IMG/VR virus record: IMGVR_UViG_3300021066_000032
Coordinates: 1 to 43,878 of that record
Direction: 5' to 3' (one strand)
DNA length: 43,878 nucleotides
Source: a virus
Taxonomy: Duplodnaviria > Caudoviricetes
Under the pieces are notes generated by a model. The model saw nothing but the letters and a program-made list of their open reading frames with translations, had not been told where the DNA came from and ran no database searches. Position numbers and translations under genes: made by a program. Positions 17,918 to 28,164 of this stretch are shown piece after piece (the stretch's first letter is position 1; each line of letters begins with the position of its first letter).

Positions 17918-18694
17918 GTGGCCGACACAACCACAACCAACTACGGCCTGACCAAACCCGAAGTCGGCGCGTCCGCCTCAACCTGGGGCGGCAAGCTCAA
18001 CGCCAACTTCGACACCATCGACACCACCATGGCGACCCTGCTTCCCAAGGCGGGGGGAACCATGACCGGGGCGCTGGTGGCGGCCGTTGGCCTTGTGGGA
18101 ACGCCCGGCATCACCTTCGCCGGAGACACCAACACCGGCTTCTACTGGTCCGGCGCGGACGTGTTCAACGTTACCACGGGGGGCGTCTCGCGGGGAACGT
18201 TTTCCTCCGCTGGCTGGACCGGGGCCGTGGTCGGCAACGTCACGGGCGACCTTACAGGCGCGGTGACCGGCTCCACGGGGTCCTTCTCCGGCCTTCTGAG
18301 CATCAACGGCGGGGCGGCCAACACGATCCGCGCGGCTCCCTCGTCGGCTGATGTTGGGTTCTTGGGGTCGGTCGTTCGGGCGTCCCCCGGCTCCATCACG
18401 CTCGCCATGTCGGATATCAGCAAGACGCTGACCTATTCCGGCAATGCGACGGTCACTATCCCAACGAACGCCTCGGTCGCTTGGCCGGTGGGCTGTTACC
18501 TGGACATCCACGGGACCAACGGCGCGGTGATCACGATCGGCAATAACGGGTCTGTCTCGACGTTCGGACCCTCTGGCGGTGGCGTGGGCGCCAACCAGAC
18601 GTTCACCGGTGGGGCATCCGACGCGATCACCGTCTGCCGGGTCAAGAAGACTGCGACCGACACTTGGCACGTCTACGGGACGGGCGTCACCTAA
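17918..18694 (+). CDS. Tail fibre/needle-like protein
   Basis: [25 protein letters not shown]-terminus; GNVTGDLTG repeats. Confidence 0.75.
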   Translation: MADTTTTNYGLTKPEVGASASTWGGKLNANFDTIDTTMATLLPKAGGTMTGALVAAVGLVGTPGITFAGDTNTGFYWSGADVFNVTTGGVSRGTFSSAGWTGAVVGNVTGDLTGAVTGSTGSFSGLLSINGGAANTIRAAPSSADVGFLGSVVRASPGSITLAMSDISKTLTYSGNATVTIPTNASVAWPVGCYLDIHGTNGAVITIGNNGSVSTFGPSGGGVGANQTFTGGASDAITVCRVKKTATDTWHVYGTGVT

Positions 18695-20197
18695 GTGCTG
18701 TTTCCGCTTCCCATGCCGCCCGGCCAGCACGGCAACGGTACAACCTACCAAGCGAAAGGCCGCTGGGGGCGCAACAGCCTCTTTGTCCGCTGGGTTGACG
18801 GGACGGTTCGCCCGATGCTCGGGTTCGCCACGTTCTCGGACTCGGCCCTGGTGGGCAAGGCCAGGGCAATCATCACCTGGATATCTGACATCGGCCAGCC
18901 GTGGATAGCGGTTGGAACGCACCAGCGGCTCTATGTGGTGGACGGCACGGGCCTGCCGATCAACATCACCCCAGTGGGCTATTCAGAAGGCTATGCGGAC
19001 GCCTCGACCGCCGGGGGCTACGGGACCTATCTTTACAACTACGGCAACTACGGAGACGCAAGGCCCGATGACGGCTCGCTGACCCCCGCCACAGTCCCGA
19101 GCCTGGACACCTTCGGACAGAAACTCCTGGCCTGTAGCGGCGATGACGGCAAGGTCTACGAGTGGGACGTGAATACGTCCGTCGTCGCCACCCTGATCAG
19201 CGCGTCGGCTCCTACGGGCGTGCGGGCCATCGTGGTGACGAACGAAGGCTTCCTGTTCTGCCTGGGGACGGGGACGGACCCTCGGGTCATCACCTGGGGG
19301 GATCAGTTCTCACTGACCGACTGGACCCCTGGCGAGCCTTCCCAGGCCGGTTCCTACGCCATCCAGACCAAGGGCAAGCTGATGGCGGGCGCCAGGGTCA
19401 AGGGAGCAACCCTGGTCTTCACCGATACCGACGCACACCGGGCGCAATATCTTGGCCTTCCTCTGATCTACAGCTTCGAGCGGGTCGGGTCGGCCTGCGG
19501 CTTGGTCGGGCAGCGGGCCTTCGCGTCTGTTTCAGACACGCTGGTCCTGTGGATGAGCGAGCAGGGGTTCCATGCCTACAACGGGGAGGTCCAAAACCTC
19601 CCCTGCGACGTGCATGACGCGGTGTTCCAGGACTTCGACACGACCCAACGGTCCAAGGTCACAGCCTACCATGAACCGGCGTTCGGGGAGGTGACGTGGT
19701 TCTATCCTTCGGCCTCGGGAGCAGGGGAAAACGACAGCTACGTTCGCTACAACTACCGTGAAGGCCATTGGGCCAAGGGCGCGGCGCAATCGACGCTGGC
19801 GAGGCTCGCGGCGACCGAGCGAGGAGGGGGTTTTTCGCTCCCATTCGCCACGGACGGCAGCGGCAATGTCATCGTCCTGGAAAGCGGTTTCTCCTACGGC
19901 GGCTTCACCCCTTACGCGGAGACGGGGCCGATTGAATTGGGTGACGGCGAGCAGGTCATGAACGTGATGAACATCATCCCCGACGAAAGCACCTTGGGCG
20001 ATGTCCGGCGGACCTTTTACGCGGCCAATCACCCGACCGACGCGGAAACCACGCATGGGCCGTTCGCCACGGCCCAGCCAACGAACACGAGGTTCCAGGC
20101 CCGTCAGGTGCGCATGAAGGTGGAGTTCATCGGGGCCGGAGACGACAGGTACGGAAACGACCGCCTGGACCTCATCTCGGGAGGCTCTAGACGATGA
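18695..20197 (+). CDS. Tail nozzle / DNA stabilisation protein (P22 gp10-like)
   Basis: 500-aa beta-propeller-like protein; EVTWFYPS..YNYREGHW. Confidence 0.78.
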   Translation: MLFPLPMPPGQHGNGTTYQAKGRWGRNSLFVRWVDGTVRPMLGFATFSDSALVGKARAIITWISDIGQPWIAVGTHQRLYVVDGTGLPINITPVGYSEGYADASTAGGYGTYLYNYGNYGDARPDDGSLTPATVPSLDTFGQKLLACSGDDGKVYEWDVNTSVVATLISASAPTGVRAIVVTNEGFLFCLGTGTDPRVITWGDQFSLTDWTPGEPSQAGSYAIQTKGKLMAGARVKGATLVFTDTDAHRAQYLGLPLIYSFERVGSACGLVGQRAFASVSDTLVLWMSEQGFHAYNGEVQNLPCDVHDAVFQDFDTTQRSKVTAYHEPAFGEVTWFYPSASGAGENDSYVRYNYREGHWAKGAAQSTLARLAATERGGGFSLPFATDGSGNVIVLESGFSYGGFTPYAETGPIELGDGEQVMNVMNIIPDESTLGDVRRTFYAANHPTDAETTHGPFATAQPTNTRFQARQVRMKVEFIGAGDDRYGNDRLDLISGGSRR

Positions 20198-20421
20198 TCC
20201 TCGCCACCGCCCCGGAGGCCTATTCCCGCAAGGATCAGTCAGACGTTCGTACGGCCCTGCAACAGGCCGACGCACAGAACCTCAAGGGCAACAAGGACCT
20301 GATTTTCGCGGCCACCAAGGTGACGTTCCGGGCCAACAAGATCATCCTGACCTCGCCGAACGGGACGGAATATTACCTCACGGTTTCCAACGTGGGCGTC
20401 TTGGGGACCACGGCAGTCTGA
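20194..20421 (+). CDS. Small tail protein
   Basis: ILTSPNGT.Y.L.V.N.G.L motif. Confidence 0.7.
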   Translation: MILATAPEAYSRKDQSDVRTALQQADAQNLKGNKDLIFAATKVTFRANKIILTSPNGTEYYLTVSNVGVLGTTAV

Positions 20422-20816
20422 TGGCGGACGGGTGCGTGCCGTTCAACCCCGTTTCCGAGGAGTGGACCCGCTGCAAGCCATGGATCGCGGCGGCGCTGGA
20501 GGCGGGGGGCGATCCTCACTCTATCGAGGATGTAGAGCGGTTCATCGTGGCTGGAGAGGTGCAATTCTGGCCTGGAGATCGATGCGCCGCCGTCACTGAA
20601 ATCATCGGGCGCGGGACTATTGCCCATATGTGGCTCTGGGGCGGTGATCTGAGAGACCTGATGCGGCGGATGGCGCCCAGCATTGAGGCTTGGGCCAAGG
20701 AGATCGGCCTGAAGAAGACAATGGGCATCTACTGCGTCGATCAACCCAAGTGGGGGCGCGTGTTCGCAAGACAGGGATATCAGCCCGTCGCTGTCACCGT
20801 GGTGAAGGAACTTTAG
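20421..20816 (+). CDS. GNAT-like tail assembly protein
   Basis: AVTEI..HMWLWGGDL..IEAWAKEIG..W.RV; lies just before the ejection genes. Confidence 0.65.
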   Translation: MADGCVPFNPVSEEWTRCKPWIAAALEAGGDPHSIEDVERFIVAGEVQFWPGDRCAAVTEIIGRGTIAHMWLWGGDLRDLMRRMAPSIEAWAKEIGLKKTMGIYCVDQPKWGRVFARQGYQPVAVTVVKEL

Positions 20817-20817
20817 C

Positions 20818-21966
20818 ATGGCGCTAGAACTAGGGGGCAGCAAGGGGTCCAATAAAACCTCAAGCAAGGGGTCTTACACCGGCTCCACCACGAACACGCT
20901 GGACCCGCGTCTTGAAGACGCGCTGTATGGCTTCTTGGGTGATGTGAGGGGCGGTGCAAGGCCGTACACGCCAATCTCCGGACCCCTGGTCGCGGGCTTC
21001 ACGCAAGACCAGATCAACGCTCAGGATCAGGCGCGGACCTTCGCGGGTGCAGGCGTTGGGCAGGATTTGGTCCGTCAGGCTGCGACGGCGGCGGGGGGAG
21101 CGGCAGGCTACACCCCCCAGATGGTCAGCGGGGGCAAGTATGGCGCGGCAAGCGTCAACCCGGCATCGATCAACCGGGGCGCCATCCGCGACGTATCGTC
21201 GGCCAACATCACGGGCGACGATATCGCGCGGTTCATGAACCCCTATCAGGATCAGGTGGTCAGCCGCTCGACGGCGAACCTGGAGCAGGCGAGGGATCGG
21301 GAACAGGCCGACAACAGCGCCTTCGCCACCAAGATGAACGCCTTCCGCGGAACTGGCCTTTTCAACGCCCGCGACCGGACCACGGAGAAGTTCGCCGACG
21401 CCATCGGGGATACGACTGCGAACCTCAACTATCAGGGCTTCAACACCGCCCTTGGTGGGGCTCAGACGGACGCGGCGAGGGCCTTGCAAGCCCAACTATC
21501 CAACCAGGGCATCGACTACGGCGTTGCCGGCCAGAACGCGGGCTTCCAGCAGCAGGCAGCCATAGACAACGCGGGCCGAACCGACGCGGCCAGCCAATTC
21601 GGCCTCAACCAGGCCATGCAGGCGGGGTTGGCCAACCAAGGGGCTGCGGCTCAGGGCGCGGGGATCAACCTTGCCGGGGCGGGGGCGCTCTCCGGTCTGG
21701 GCGGCCAGCTCCGTGACATGGGCCTTGGAGACATAAACATTCTTGGCGGCGTTGGCGACGCGCAACAAGCCCTCACCCAAGCTGAAATCGACGCAGCCAA
21801 GGGTGAGAACGACAAGACCTATGGCTCTCAGTTCGACATATACAACGCCATCGGTTCGGCCCTTGGCCTCATTCCGCAGACCGGAACCACAACCGCCAGC
21901 GGGACGCAGACGAACAACTCAAATTCAAAGTCCAAGGGCACCGGCTTTGGGTTCGCGAAGGGGTAG
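20818..21966 (+). CDS. DNA ejection/pilot protein
   Basis: G/A/Q/N-rich; FMNPYQDQVV motif. Confidence 0.72.
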   Translation: MALELGGSKGSNKTSSKGSYTGSTTNTLDPRLEDALYGFLGDVRGGARPYTPISGPLVAGFTQDQINAQDQARTFAGAGVGQDLVRQAATAAGGAAGYTPQMVSGGKYGAASVNPASINRGAIRDVSSANITGDDIARFMNPYQDQVVSRSTANLEQARDREQADNSAFATKMNAFRGTGLFNARDRTTEKFADAIGDTTANLNYQGFNTALGGAQTDAARALQAQLSNQGIDYGVAGQNAGFQQQAAIDNAGRTDAASQFGLNQAMQAGLANQGAAAQGAGINLAGAGALSGLGGQLRDMGLGDINILGGVGDAQQALTQAEIDAAKGENDKTYGSQFDIYNAIGSALGLIPQTGTTTASGTQTNNSNSKSKGTGFGFAKG

Positions 21967-21969
21967 GGC

Positions 21970-22602
21970 ATGGGATTTTGGCGAACGGCCGAGGACTTCC
22001 TGTTCACAGACAAGACGATCAGTGAAAGCCGTGAGGCCCAAGCTGCGCGCGCGTTGGCGCAAAGCCGCGCCGCCAGCCAGGCTCACGCGCTTGGCGATCT
22101 TCAGGGGAAGATCAAAAAGGAAGACCCCCTCGCGGCCCTGCTGCTGCAACTAGCCCCCGGCGGTATGATCGAGGCGATGCAGAAGACCTACGAGCCCGCC
22201 AACGTCGCTGGAGGCGACACGCGGCTGCAAGGCGTCAGGCCCGTGGTGACGGCGCCCAAGTTGGGCATGGACGCAGGCGTCGGCTTCACTCAGACCCCCG
22301 GCGGAACAGCATTCACCGGAGAGCGCCCGACGACGAAGATGGAACGCGCCAACATGCAGAACATGCGGGCGGACAACACCCACCAGGCGGCGACCCTCAA
22401 CTTCGCCATGGAGCAGTTCGCTAAGACGCACCCGCTCGAAGCCGCCAAGCTCGCCGAGATGATCCGCCACAACCAGGCCCAAGAAGGCATCGGCTGGTTC
22501 AACGCCAAGAAGCCTCCGTCGTCGGCCGTGAACATCAACATGGGCGGCGGAAGCGGCGGCTCTGAACTTCCGCAAGGCTACAATATCAGGCCCCGCCAAT
22601 GA
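21970..22602 (+). CDS. Putative ejection protein
   Basis: Position and composition; EMIRHN motif. Confidence 0.65.
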   Translation: MGFWRTAEDFLFTDKTISESREAQAARALAQSRAASQAHALGDLQGKIKKEDPLAALLLQLAPGGMIEAMQKTYEPANVAGGDTRLQGVRPVVTAPKLGMDAGVGFTQTPGGTAFTGERPTTKMERANMQNMRADNTHQAATLNFAMEQFAKTHPLEAAKLAEMIRHNQAQEGIGWFNAKKPPSSAVNINMGGGSGGSELPQGYNIRPRQ

Positions 22603-23312
22603 TGCAGCAGCAAGGAAACGTCCCGCAAGAAGGCGACATCGCAGACGCCCCCGGAAAGCCCTCGCTGATCTACAGCGGTGGGCGCTGGATGGCGCTGAAG
22701 GACTTCGAACTTCAGGCTCAGGCCACCAAGGCGCAAGGGCGCGAGAACTCAACCGCTGGCCGGGTGAACACCGCAAAAAACATGGTCGGGACCGCCCTCG
22801 ACGCCCGCCAGATGGTCGGGCCGTTCAGCGCCGGTTTTCTTGGGCCGGCCCTCGCCAAATTGCCGGGGACGAACGCGCGTAATCTTCAAGCCAAGATGGC
22901 GACGCTGAAGTCCAACCTCGCCTTCGACCGCCTCCAAGAGATGCGGGACAACTCGCCCACGGGCGGTGCGGTCGGCAACGTGACTGAGAAGGAATTGGAG
23001 CTGTTGGCCTCGACAGTGGCGAGCCTCGACCAGGGCCAATCGCCTGACCAGCTGCGCGAGAGCATGGACACCATCGAGGCGCAGTACCGGGACATCCGCA
23101 ATCGACTTGGTTACGTGGAGGCCTACAAAACGCCTCCTGGGGCCTCCGCAGGTCCTCCGAACCCTCGCGCCCGTCCTGGCGGCAATCGCCCCGCTACCCC
23201 CGCACGGCCCATCCCCTCCGGCGCCAAGCGCCTTTCCCCCGAAGAAGCCGCCCGTCTCCCCTCGGGAACCAAGTTCATCGGCATGGACGGCATTGAAAGG
23301 GTGCGCCAGTAA
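22599..23312 (+). CDS. Putative ejection protein
   Basis: FDRLQEMR..SPTGGAVGNVTEKE motif. Confidence 0.68.
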   Translation: MMQQQGNVPQEGDIADAPGKPSLIYSGGRWMALKDFELQAQATKAQGRENSTAGRVNTAKNMVGTALDARQMVGPFSAGFLGPALAKLPGTNARNLQAKMATLKSNLAFDRLQEMRDNSPTGGAVGNVTEKELELLASTVASLDQGQSPDQLRESMDTIEAQYRDIRNRLGYVEAYKTPPGASAGPPNPRARPGGNRPATPARPIPSGAKRLSPEEAARLPSGTKFIGMDGIERVRQ

Positions 23313-25129
23313 TGGGCGATCCGTATTCCGGCATTGCCAAGCCGACGCAGGCCGATCCTTATGCGGGGATTGCGAAGCCTGCCGGACGGCCCGCCACGCC
23401 CCGCAAGCCCGGCGTCCTTGATCGCATCAACCAGGGCCTCGCCAACTTCAACAAGGGCGTCCCGTTCGCGGAAGACCTGACATCGGCCGTGACCGCTGCA
23501 ACGCGTAGTCCGGTCGATGCCGCCAAGGTTGCGGCGAACACCTTGCTAAGGACCTATCCCGGCGCGAACCCGATGGCCCCGCCCGTCTTTCCGGAGGCGC
23601 AACAACGCTTCAGCGGGCAACAACAGGCGGTGAAGGACGCCAACCGGGGTCTGGCGGACCAGCTTCGCGACACGCCTGTTGGGAATGTCGCGGCTGACCT
23701 GTCGCAGGGAATGGGCATGGCGGGCTCTGCCGTGCTCCCTGGCCCCAAGGGGGCGAACCTTGCTATCCGGCCGGTCACCGCTCCGACCTTGGGTGGGAAG
23801 GCCGTTCAGATCGGCGGGAACGCGGCGCGTGGGGCCACTGCGGCGGGGACCACAGGGGCGGGCTACGGGCTTGGGTTCGGCGACGCGCCTGAGGAGAGGT
23901 TGAATAGCGCCAACGCCGCGCTTGGTCCCTCAGCGTTCCTTGGCGGCATGATTCCGACCGCACCGCAAGTGTGGGGCGCTGTGAAGCCGGGGCCGCGCCC
24001 GATACCGTCTCCGACCAGCCAGGCGGGCAAGGCGGCGACGCTGGAACAGGCGGGCGTCTCGCTCCTTCCTGGCCAGAAGGCCGGGGGGCTCGTCAAGTCG
24101 TTCGAGGACTTCGGCCGCCGGATGCCCATCGTCGGCCCCGCCATTCGTGGCGCTGGCCGCAGATCGGAAGTCAGCCTCAACCGCGCCGTCGCGAACACCG
24201 CGCTTGCCCAGATTGGCGAGGGCGTCCCCAAGAATGTTGAAACCGGCTTTGACAGCGTGGCGCACGTCGCCAAGCGGCTGGGGGCAAAGTACGACAGCAT
24301 TGGCGATATGGTGCAGCGCGTCGATCTGGACAACGACTTCGCCGCTAGGATGCAGGAGAGGGTCGCCCCCCGCATCGGTGATCTCTCCGAGAGTGGCGCA
24401 AGGGATTTTGAGCGCATTCTGACAGATCGCATGACTCGGCTTAGTTCGGGGATTTCCGGGCGTGATGCGTTGGGGATCAAGCAGGAACTTGGCGAGCTGG
24501 CGGCCGATGCGATGTCCAGCACCGACCGGTCAGACCGCCTCATGGGCAGGATGCTCATGGACGTGTCCGACGAAATCTCCGCGCTCATCGGCCGGCAAAG
24601 CCCAGAGGCGGCGCAAATGCTTGATCAGGCCGATGCGGGGTGGGCGATCTACACCCGACTGCGCAACGCAGCCTCCAAGGGAACGGACGGCAACTTTACC
24701 CCCAGCCAGCTTCGAACCGCCGTTCGGATGGAAGACGCCAGCGTGGGCAAGGGGAGGGTCGCCAAAGGGGAGGCGATCCTGCAAGACCTCTCCAATGCGT
24801 CAACAATCATGCCCGATCAATATGGCAACCCCGGCACGGCGGACGCTGGCGCGATCCTCGGCCTTGGCGCGTTGTGGGGCAAGGCTCCCCCTGTGGGCGC
24901 TGCGGTCACGGGCGGTCTAGCGGCGGCGGCTACGCCCTATATGATGATGGGCCGCAAGGTGCTCGATAGCCTTCCCGTCAACGCTTCCGGTGACGACGTG
25001 GCCAGGGCCGCGCAGGAACTTCGGGCATTGACCGCTCAGGACCCGAAAGTGGCCGAACTGCTGCAAATGTTGAGTATCAGGTTCGGCCAGACAGCAGGCG
25101 CCACAGCAGCCGCCCTAAACGCTCAATAG
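23312..25129 (+). CDS. Large ejection protein
   Basis: 605 aa, A/G-rich, DPY.GIAKP N-terminal repeat. Confidence 0.7.
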   Translation: MGDPYSGIAKPTQADPYAGIAKPAGRPATPRKPGVLDRINQGLANFNKGVPFAEDLTSAVTAATRSPVDAAKVAANTLLRTYPGANPMAPPVFPEAQQRFSGQQQAVKDANRGLADQLRDTPVGNVAADLSQGMGMAGSAVLPGPKGANLAIRPVTAPTLGGKAVQIGGNAARGATAAGTTGAGYGLGFGDAPEERLNSANAALGPSAFLGGMIPTAPQVWGAVKPGPRPIPSPTSQAGKAATLEQAGVSLLPGQKAGGLVKSFEDFGRRMPIVGPAIRGAGRRSEVSLNRAVANTALAQIGEGVPKNVETGFDSVAHVAKRLGAKYDSIGDMVQRVDLDNDFAARMQERVAPRIGDLSESGARDFERILTDRMTRLSSGISGRDALGIKQELGELAADAMSSTDRSDRLMGRMLMDVSDEISALIGRQSPEAAQMLDQADAGWAIYTRLRNAASKGTDGNFTPSQLRTAVRMEDASVGKGRVAKGEAILQDLSNASTIMPDQYGNPGTADAGAILGLGALWGKAPPVGAAVTGGLAAAATPYMMMGRKVLDSLPVNASGDDVARAAQELRALTAQDPKVAELLQMLSIRFGQTAGATAAALNAQ

Positions 25130-25205
25130 CGATCCAAAACACCAAGATGCCGGGGAAAGCATAGCTCTCGGCGTACATCTTGTCCCAGCGGTCAGGTTCT
25201 CTCAC
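25077..25205 (-). CDS. Small antisense membrane protein (42 aa, not in the ORF track)
   Basis: GTG start; REPDRWDKMYAESYAFPGILVFWIAIERLGRLLWRLLSGRT; weak RBS. Confidence 0.45.
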   Translation of the reverse strand: MREPDRWDKMYAESYAFPGILVFWIAIERLGRLLWRLLSGRT

Positions 25206-25245
25206 GGCCCCGCTTGTCCCACACCCCGACCCGAAGGGCAACTGA

Positions 25246-27156
25246 ATGACGTTCTATGATCGCGTCAAGGCTTCAACCGCGACCATTGGAACCGGGTCCA
25301 TGGTGATGGGCGCGGCCGCGTCCGGGTATCGGGCTTTTACGGTCTTGGCCGATGGAGATACCGTTCGGTATTGCATCGAGGATGGGAATGCGTGGGAAAT
25401 CGGAGAAGGAACCTGGACCACTGCAACCAGCACCCTGACAAGATCCCTGACGCGTTCGTCTACAGGCTCGCTGATTTCACTTACCGGGCGAGCGGTGGTG
25501 TTCGTCACGCAAAGCGCCGCCGACTTGACGGCGTCCTCCAGCGGAGCGGTGGGGGTGGATACGCTGGGCGCCTATTTCACCGCCCTGGTCGGAAACGCAA
25601 CCACCAACGTGGTCCTTGCCGGTGACAGCACGTCATACGGCTGGAACGCGACATACATCGCCAGCGTCGCGATCAACTCTGGGCTGACCAATGTCCGGGT
25701 CCTGGACAATGGCCACGCCGCCGCGACGACGGCCCTTTGGCTCAGCACATATCTCGCGCTCGACCTTGCCGATAACCCCACCTGCCTGGTGGTCCGCTAC
25801 GGCCTCAATGATCCCTTCTTCGGGATCGCCATAGCCACCACCATCGCCAACATCCGCGCGGGCCTGACCACCATCCGCGCGACCCGCGCCGTGTCCGCTC
25901 TTTCCATCATCCTGGTGACCCCCAGCCGCACCGATCGGACAGACGGCGTGCTGGGCTATGGTGACGGCTGGTATGCGGCCTTGCTGGCGGGCCTGCGGCA
26001 AGCCGCCGAAGACTTCGACTGCGCCTTCGTCGATATCTACACGCCGTACAGCAACATGGACGCGATGGCGGTCGAATACGACGCACAGGGCGTTCACCCG
26101 CTGCGCCCCCTCATCGCTCAGCAAAATGCGCTCATCGCGGACGTGCTGTTTCCTTCCACGGTTCGAGGCGTCGGCCCGGCCCCGGTCAAAGCGAACGTCC
26201 CGCATCGCAACTATGTGCTGGGGACAGCCTGGCTCACCCCGGCGACCGCCTTCACAGCGGACTATCGGGGGATTTGCTGGTCGCCGGACCTTGGGCGGTT
26301 CGTCCTGGTCGGCAACAACACCACCACCTGTCACACGTCGGACGACGGGGACACCTGGACGACCAGAACCCTGCCGTCCTCCATGGTCCTTCGTAGCGTG
26401 TGCTGGTCGCCCGAGCTGGCGCTGTTCGTCGCCGTGGGCTCTGCGGGCGCCATAGTCACTTCGCCCACGGGGGTGACATGGACTTCGAGGACCTCACCCG
26501 TCGCGCGCGATTGGGCGCGGGTTGCCTGGTCGCCGGAACGAAGGGTGTTCTCTGCCGTCGCTTCTACTTCGGCCGGCGCCGACAACGTCATGTACTCCTA
26601 TGACGGGATCAACTGGACCCAAGGGACAACAAACACGACTCAACGGCTGTTCGGGCTCTGCTGGTCTGCCGAGCTTGGCCTATTCGTCGCCGTGGCTTTC
26701 GACGGGACCAACCGGGTGCTCTACAGCAAGGACGGGGAGTGGTACGGCTTTAACGTCCTGGTGACCGCCAACCAGTGGACGGCAGTGTGCTGGTCACCGC
26801 AAAAGCGCCTGTTTGTGGCTGTGGCCAATTCCGGGACCGGCAACCGGGTCATGACCTCTCCTGACGCGACCACCTGGACCATCGGTTCAAGCGCGGCGGA
26901 CAACAACTGGCTGGACGTGATCTGGATCGCGGAGCTGGGAATTTTCGCCGCTGTCGGATCGACGGGAACCGGAACCCGGATGATGACCTCTCCTGACGGC
27001 CTTGTCTGGACCGTGAACGCCAACATCCCCGACGCGCCACACCAGCAGGCGTGCTACTCCCCCGAGATCGGGATCATCGCCACGGCGACCACGGGCGGGG
27101 CCTCGAACAGCGTCGTTACAAGCGCGTCGGCCCACAACTACGTCTATCCGTCCTAG
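25246..27156 (+). CDS. Tail spike/receptor-binding protein: attachment domain, SGNH esterase and beta-propeller
   Basis: DRVK.STAT.GTG N-terminus; AGDST, YGLND, GVHP; repeated VCWSPEL.LFVAV...S.DG.TWT blades. Confidence 0.8.
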   Translation: MTFYDRVKASTATIGTGSMVMGAAASGYRAFTVLADGDTVRYCIEDGNAWEIGEGTWTTATSTLTRSLTRSSTGSLISLTGRAVVFVTQSAADLTASSSGAVGVDTLGAYFTALVGNATTNVVLAGDSTSYGWNATYIASVAINSGLTNVRVLDNGHAAATTALWLSTYLALDLADNPTCLVVRYGLNDPFFGIAIATTIANIRAGLTTIRATRAVSALSIILVTPSRTDRTDGVLGYGDGWYAALLAGLRQAAEDFDCAFVDIYTPYSNMDAMAVEYDAQGVHPLRPLIAQQNALIADVLFPSTVRGVGPAPVKANVPHRNYVLGTAWLTPATAFTADYRGICWSPDLGRFVLVGNNTTTCHTSDDGDTWTTRTLPSSMVLRSVCWSPELALFVAVGSAGAIVTSPTGVTWTSRTSPVARDWARVAWSPERRVFSAVASTSAGADNVMYSYDGINWTQGTTNTTQRLFGLCWSAELGLFVAVAFDGTNRVLYSKDGEWYGFNVLVTANQWTAVCWSPQKRLFVAVANSGTGNRVMTSPDATTWTIGSSAADNNWLDVIWIAELGIFAAVGSTGTGTRMMTSPDGLVWTVNANIPDAPHQQACYSPEIGIIATATTGGASNSVVTSASAHNYVYPS

Positions 27157-27351
27157 CTACTTGATCGCCTGATCCCAGGCTTCGTTCTCGGCTTCTTGCG
27201 CCGTCTGGTCCTTCGTCAGCTTTTCGTGGTTTCGCTGAACCCAAGAGCCAACGAACACTACGGCGAGGACAAATCCCATGATCGCGCCGAGGGTCAAGCC
27301 GGTCAGATAGATGCTCGCAGCATCGGTCATGGGCAAAGACCCTAAACCCAT
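27157..27351 (-). CDS. Small antisense single-TM protein
   Basis: GLTLGAIMGFVLAVVFVG helix; start at 27351 or 27330. Confidence 0.6.
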   Translation of the reverse strand: MGLGSLPMTDAASIYLTGLTLGAIMGFVLAVVFVGSWVQRNHEKLTKDQTAQEAENEAWDQAIK

Positions 27352-27505
27352 CAGTCGGCCCCGCCAAGGTGCGCGAACACCCTGACGAGGCCCTAGCCCC
27401 ACGGCCAGGGGATGAACCCGACCGCTTAGCGGGGCGGGGGCGATCAAAGGCCGAGCACAGTAACCAGACGATTAAGGGGGCGGGGATGAACGCTCAGGGC
27501 CAAGC

Positions 27506-27817
27506 ATGAATGAGGAAAGCTGGTTGATGACGCTTGCCGATAGCTGGCTTGGCAAGGGGATGGCCGTCGTCGTGGTCCTGTTCGCGGGAGCGTTCGGCGG
27601 ATGGTGGACTAGCCGGGCCAACATCATGAACGCTGTAAACAACCAGGTAAAGAACCTGATGGCGCACTACGTTGGCGAGATCAAGCGGCTGACCGAAGCC
27701 CACCACGCCTGCGAAGAACGCCTGCACTCCCTTGAGGAAAAGGTGTCTCAGCTCACGGGTGAACGGGATCAGGCCAAGCAGACCATCGACTCCATGAGCA
27801 GGGCGAAGGAACGGTGA
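27506..27817 (+). CDS. Holin/antiholin-like protein
   Basis: One TM segment plus coiled coil; start of the lysis cassette. Confidence 0.6.
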   Translation: MNEESWLMTLADSWLGKGMAVVVVLFAGAFGGWWTSRANIMNAVNNQVKNLMAHYVGEIKRLTEAHHACEERLHSLEEKVSQLTGERDQAKQTIDSMSRAKER

Positions 27818-28164
27818 TGGGCCGTCTCTGGCGCGAGATGATGAAGGCCGCCGGTGTACGCACCTGGGCCATCATCGGCGCGGGAGTGATCGGAACGGCC
27901 CTTGGCATGTGGCGGACCTGGATCGTCTGGAAGGGTCCCTGGCCTATCGATCGGGCTCAACAGCAGCTTGATATCATCGGCTGGGCCTTGTGGGCGGACC
28001 TCATCATCAACGCGGTGATCGTCATCGCCCTGACCGGGTTGGGCGTCGCGGCTTCCGTCTCGAAGACGGGCGTCACCCTGAACGTCGGGGATGACGACAA
28101 CAAGCAAACCGCCACCGTCACCACAGAGACAAAGACAACCGTTGAGACGGAGCCGAAGGCATGA
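27814..28164 (+). CDS. Putative holin
   Basis: Two TM segments with a hydrophilic tail; directly upstream of the endolysin. Confidence 0.6.
   Translation: MMGRLWREMMKAAGVRTWAIIGAGVIGTALGMWRTWIVWKGPWPIDRAQQQLDIIGWALWADLIINAVIVIALTGLGVAASVSKTGVTLNVGDDDNKQTATVTTETKTTVETEPKA

Noticed and set aside
16265-27156. Diversity-generating retroelement or invertible tail-fibre switch
   Set aside because: No reverse transcriptase or invertase recognised, and no TR/VR pair noticed; the repeats in 26200-27100 are beta-propeller blades.
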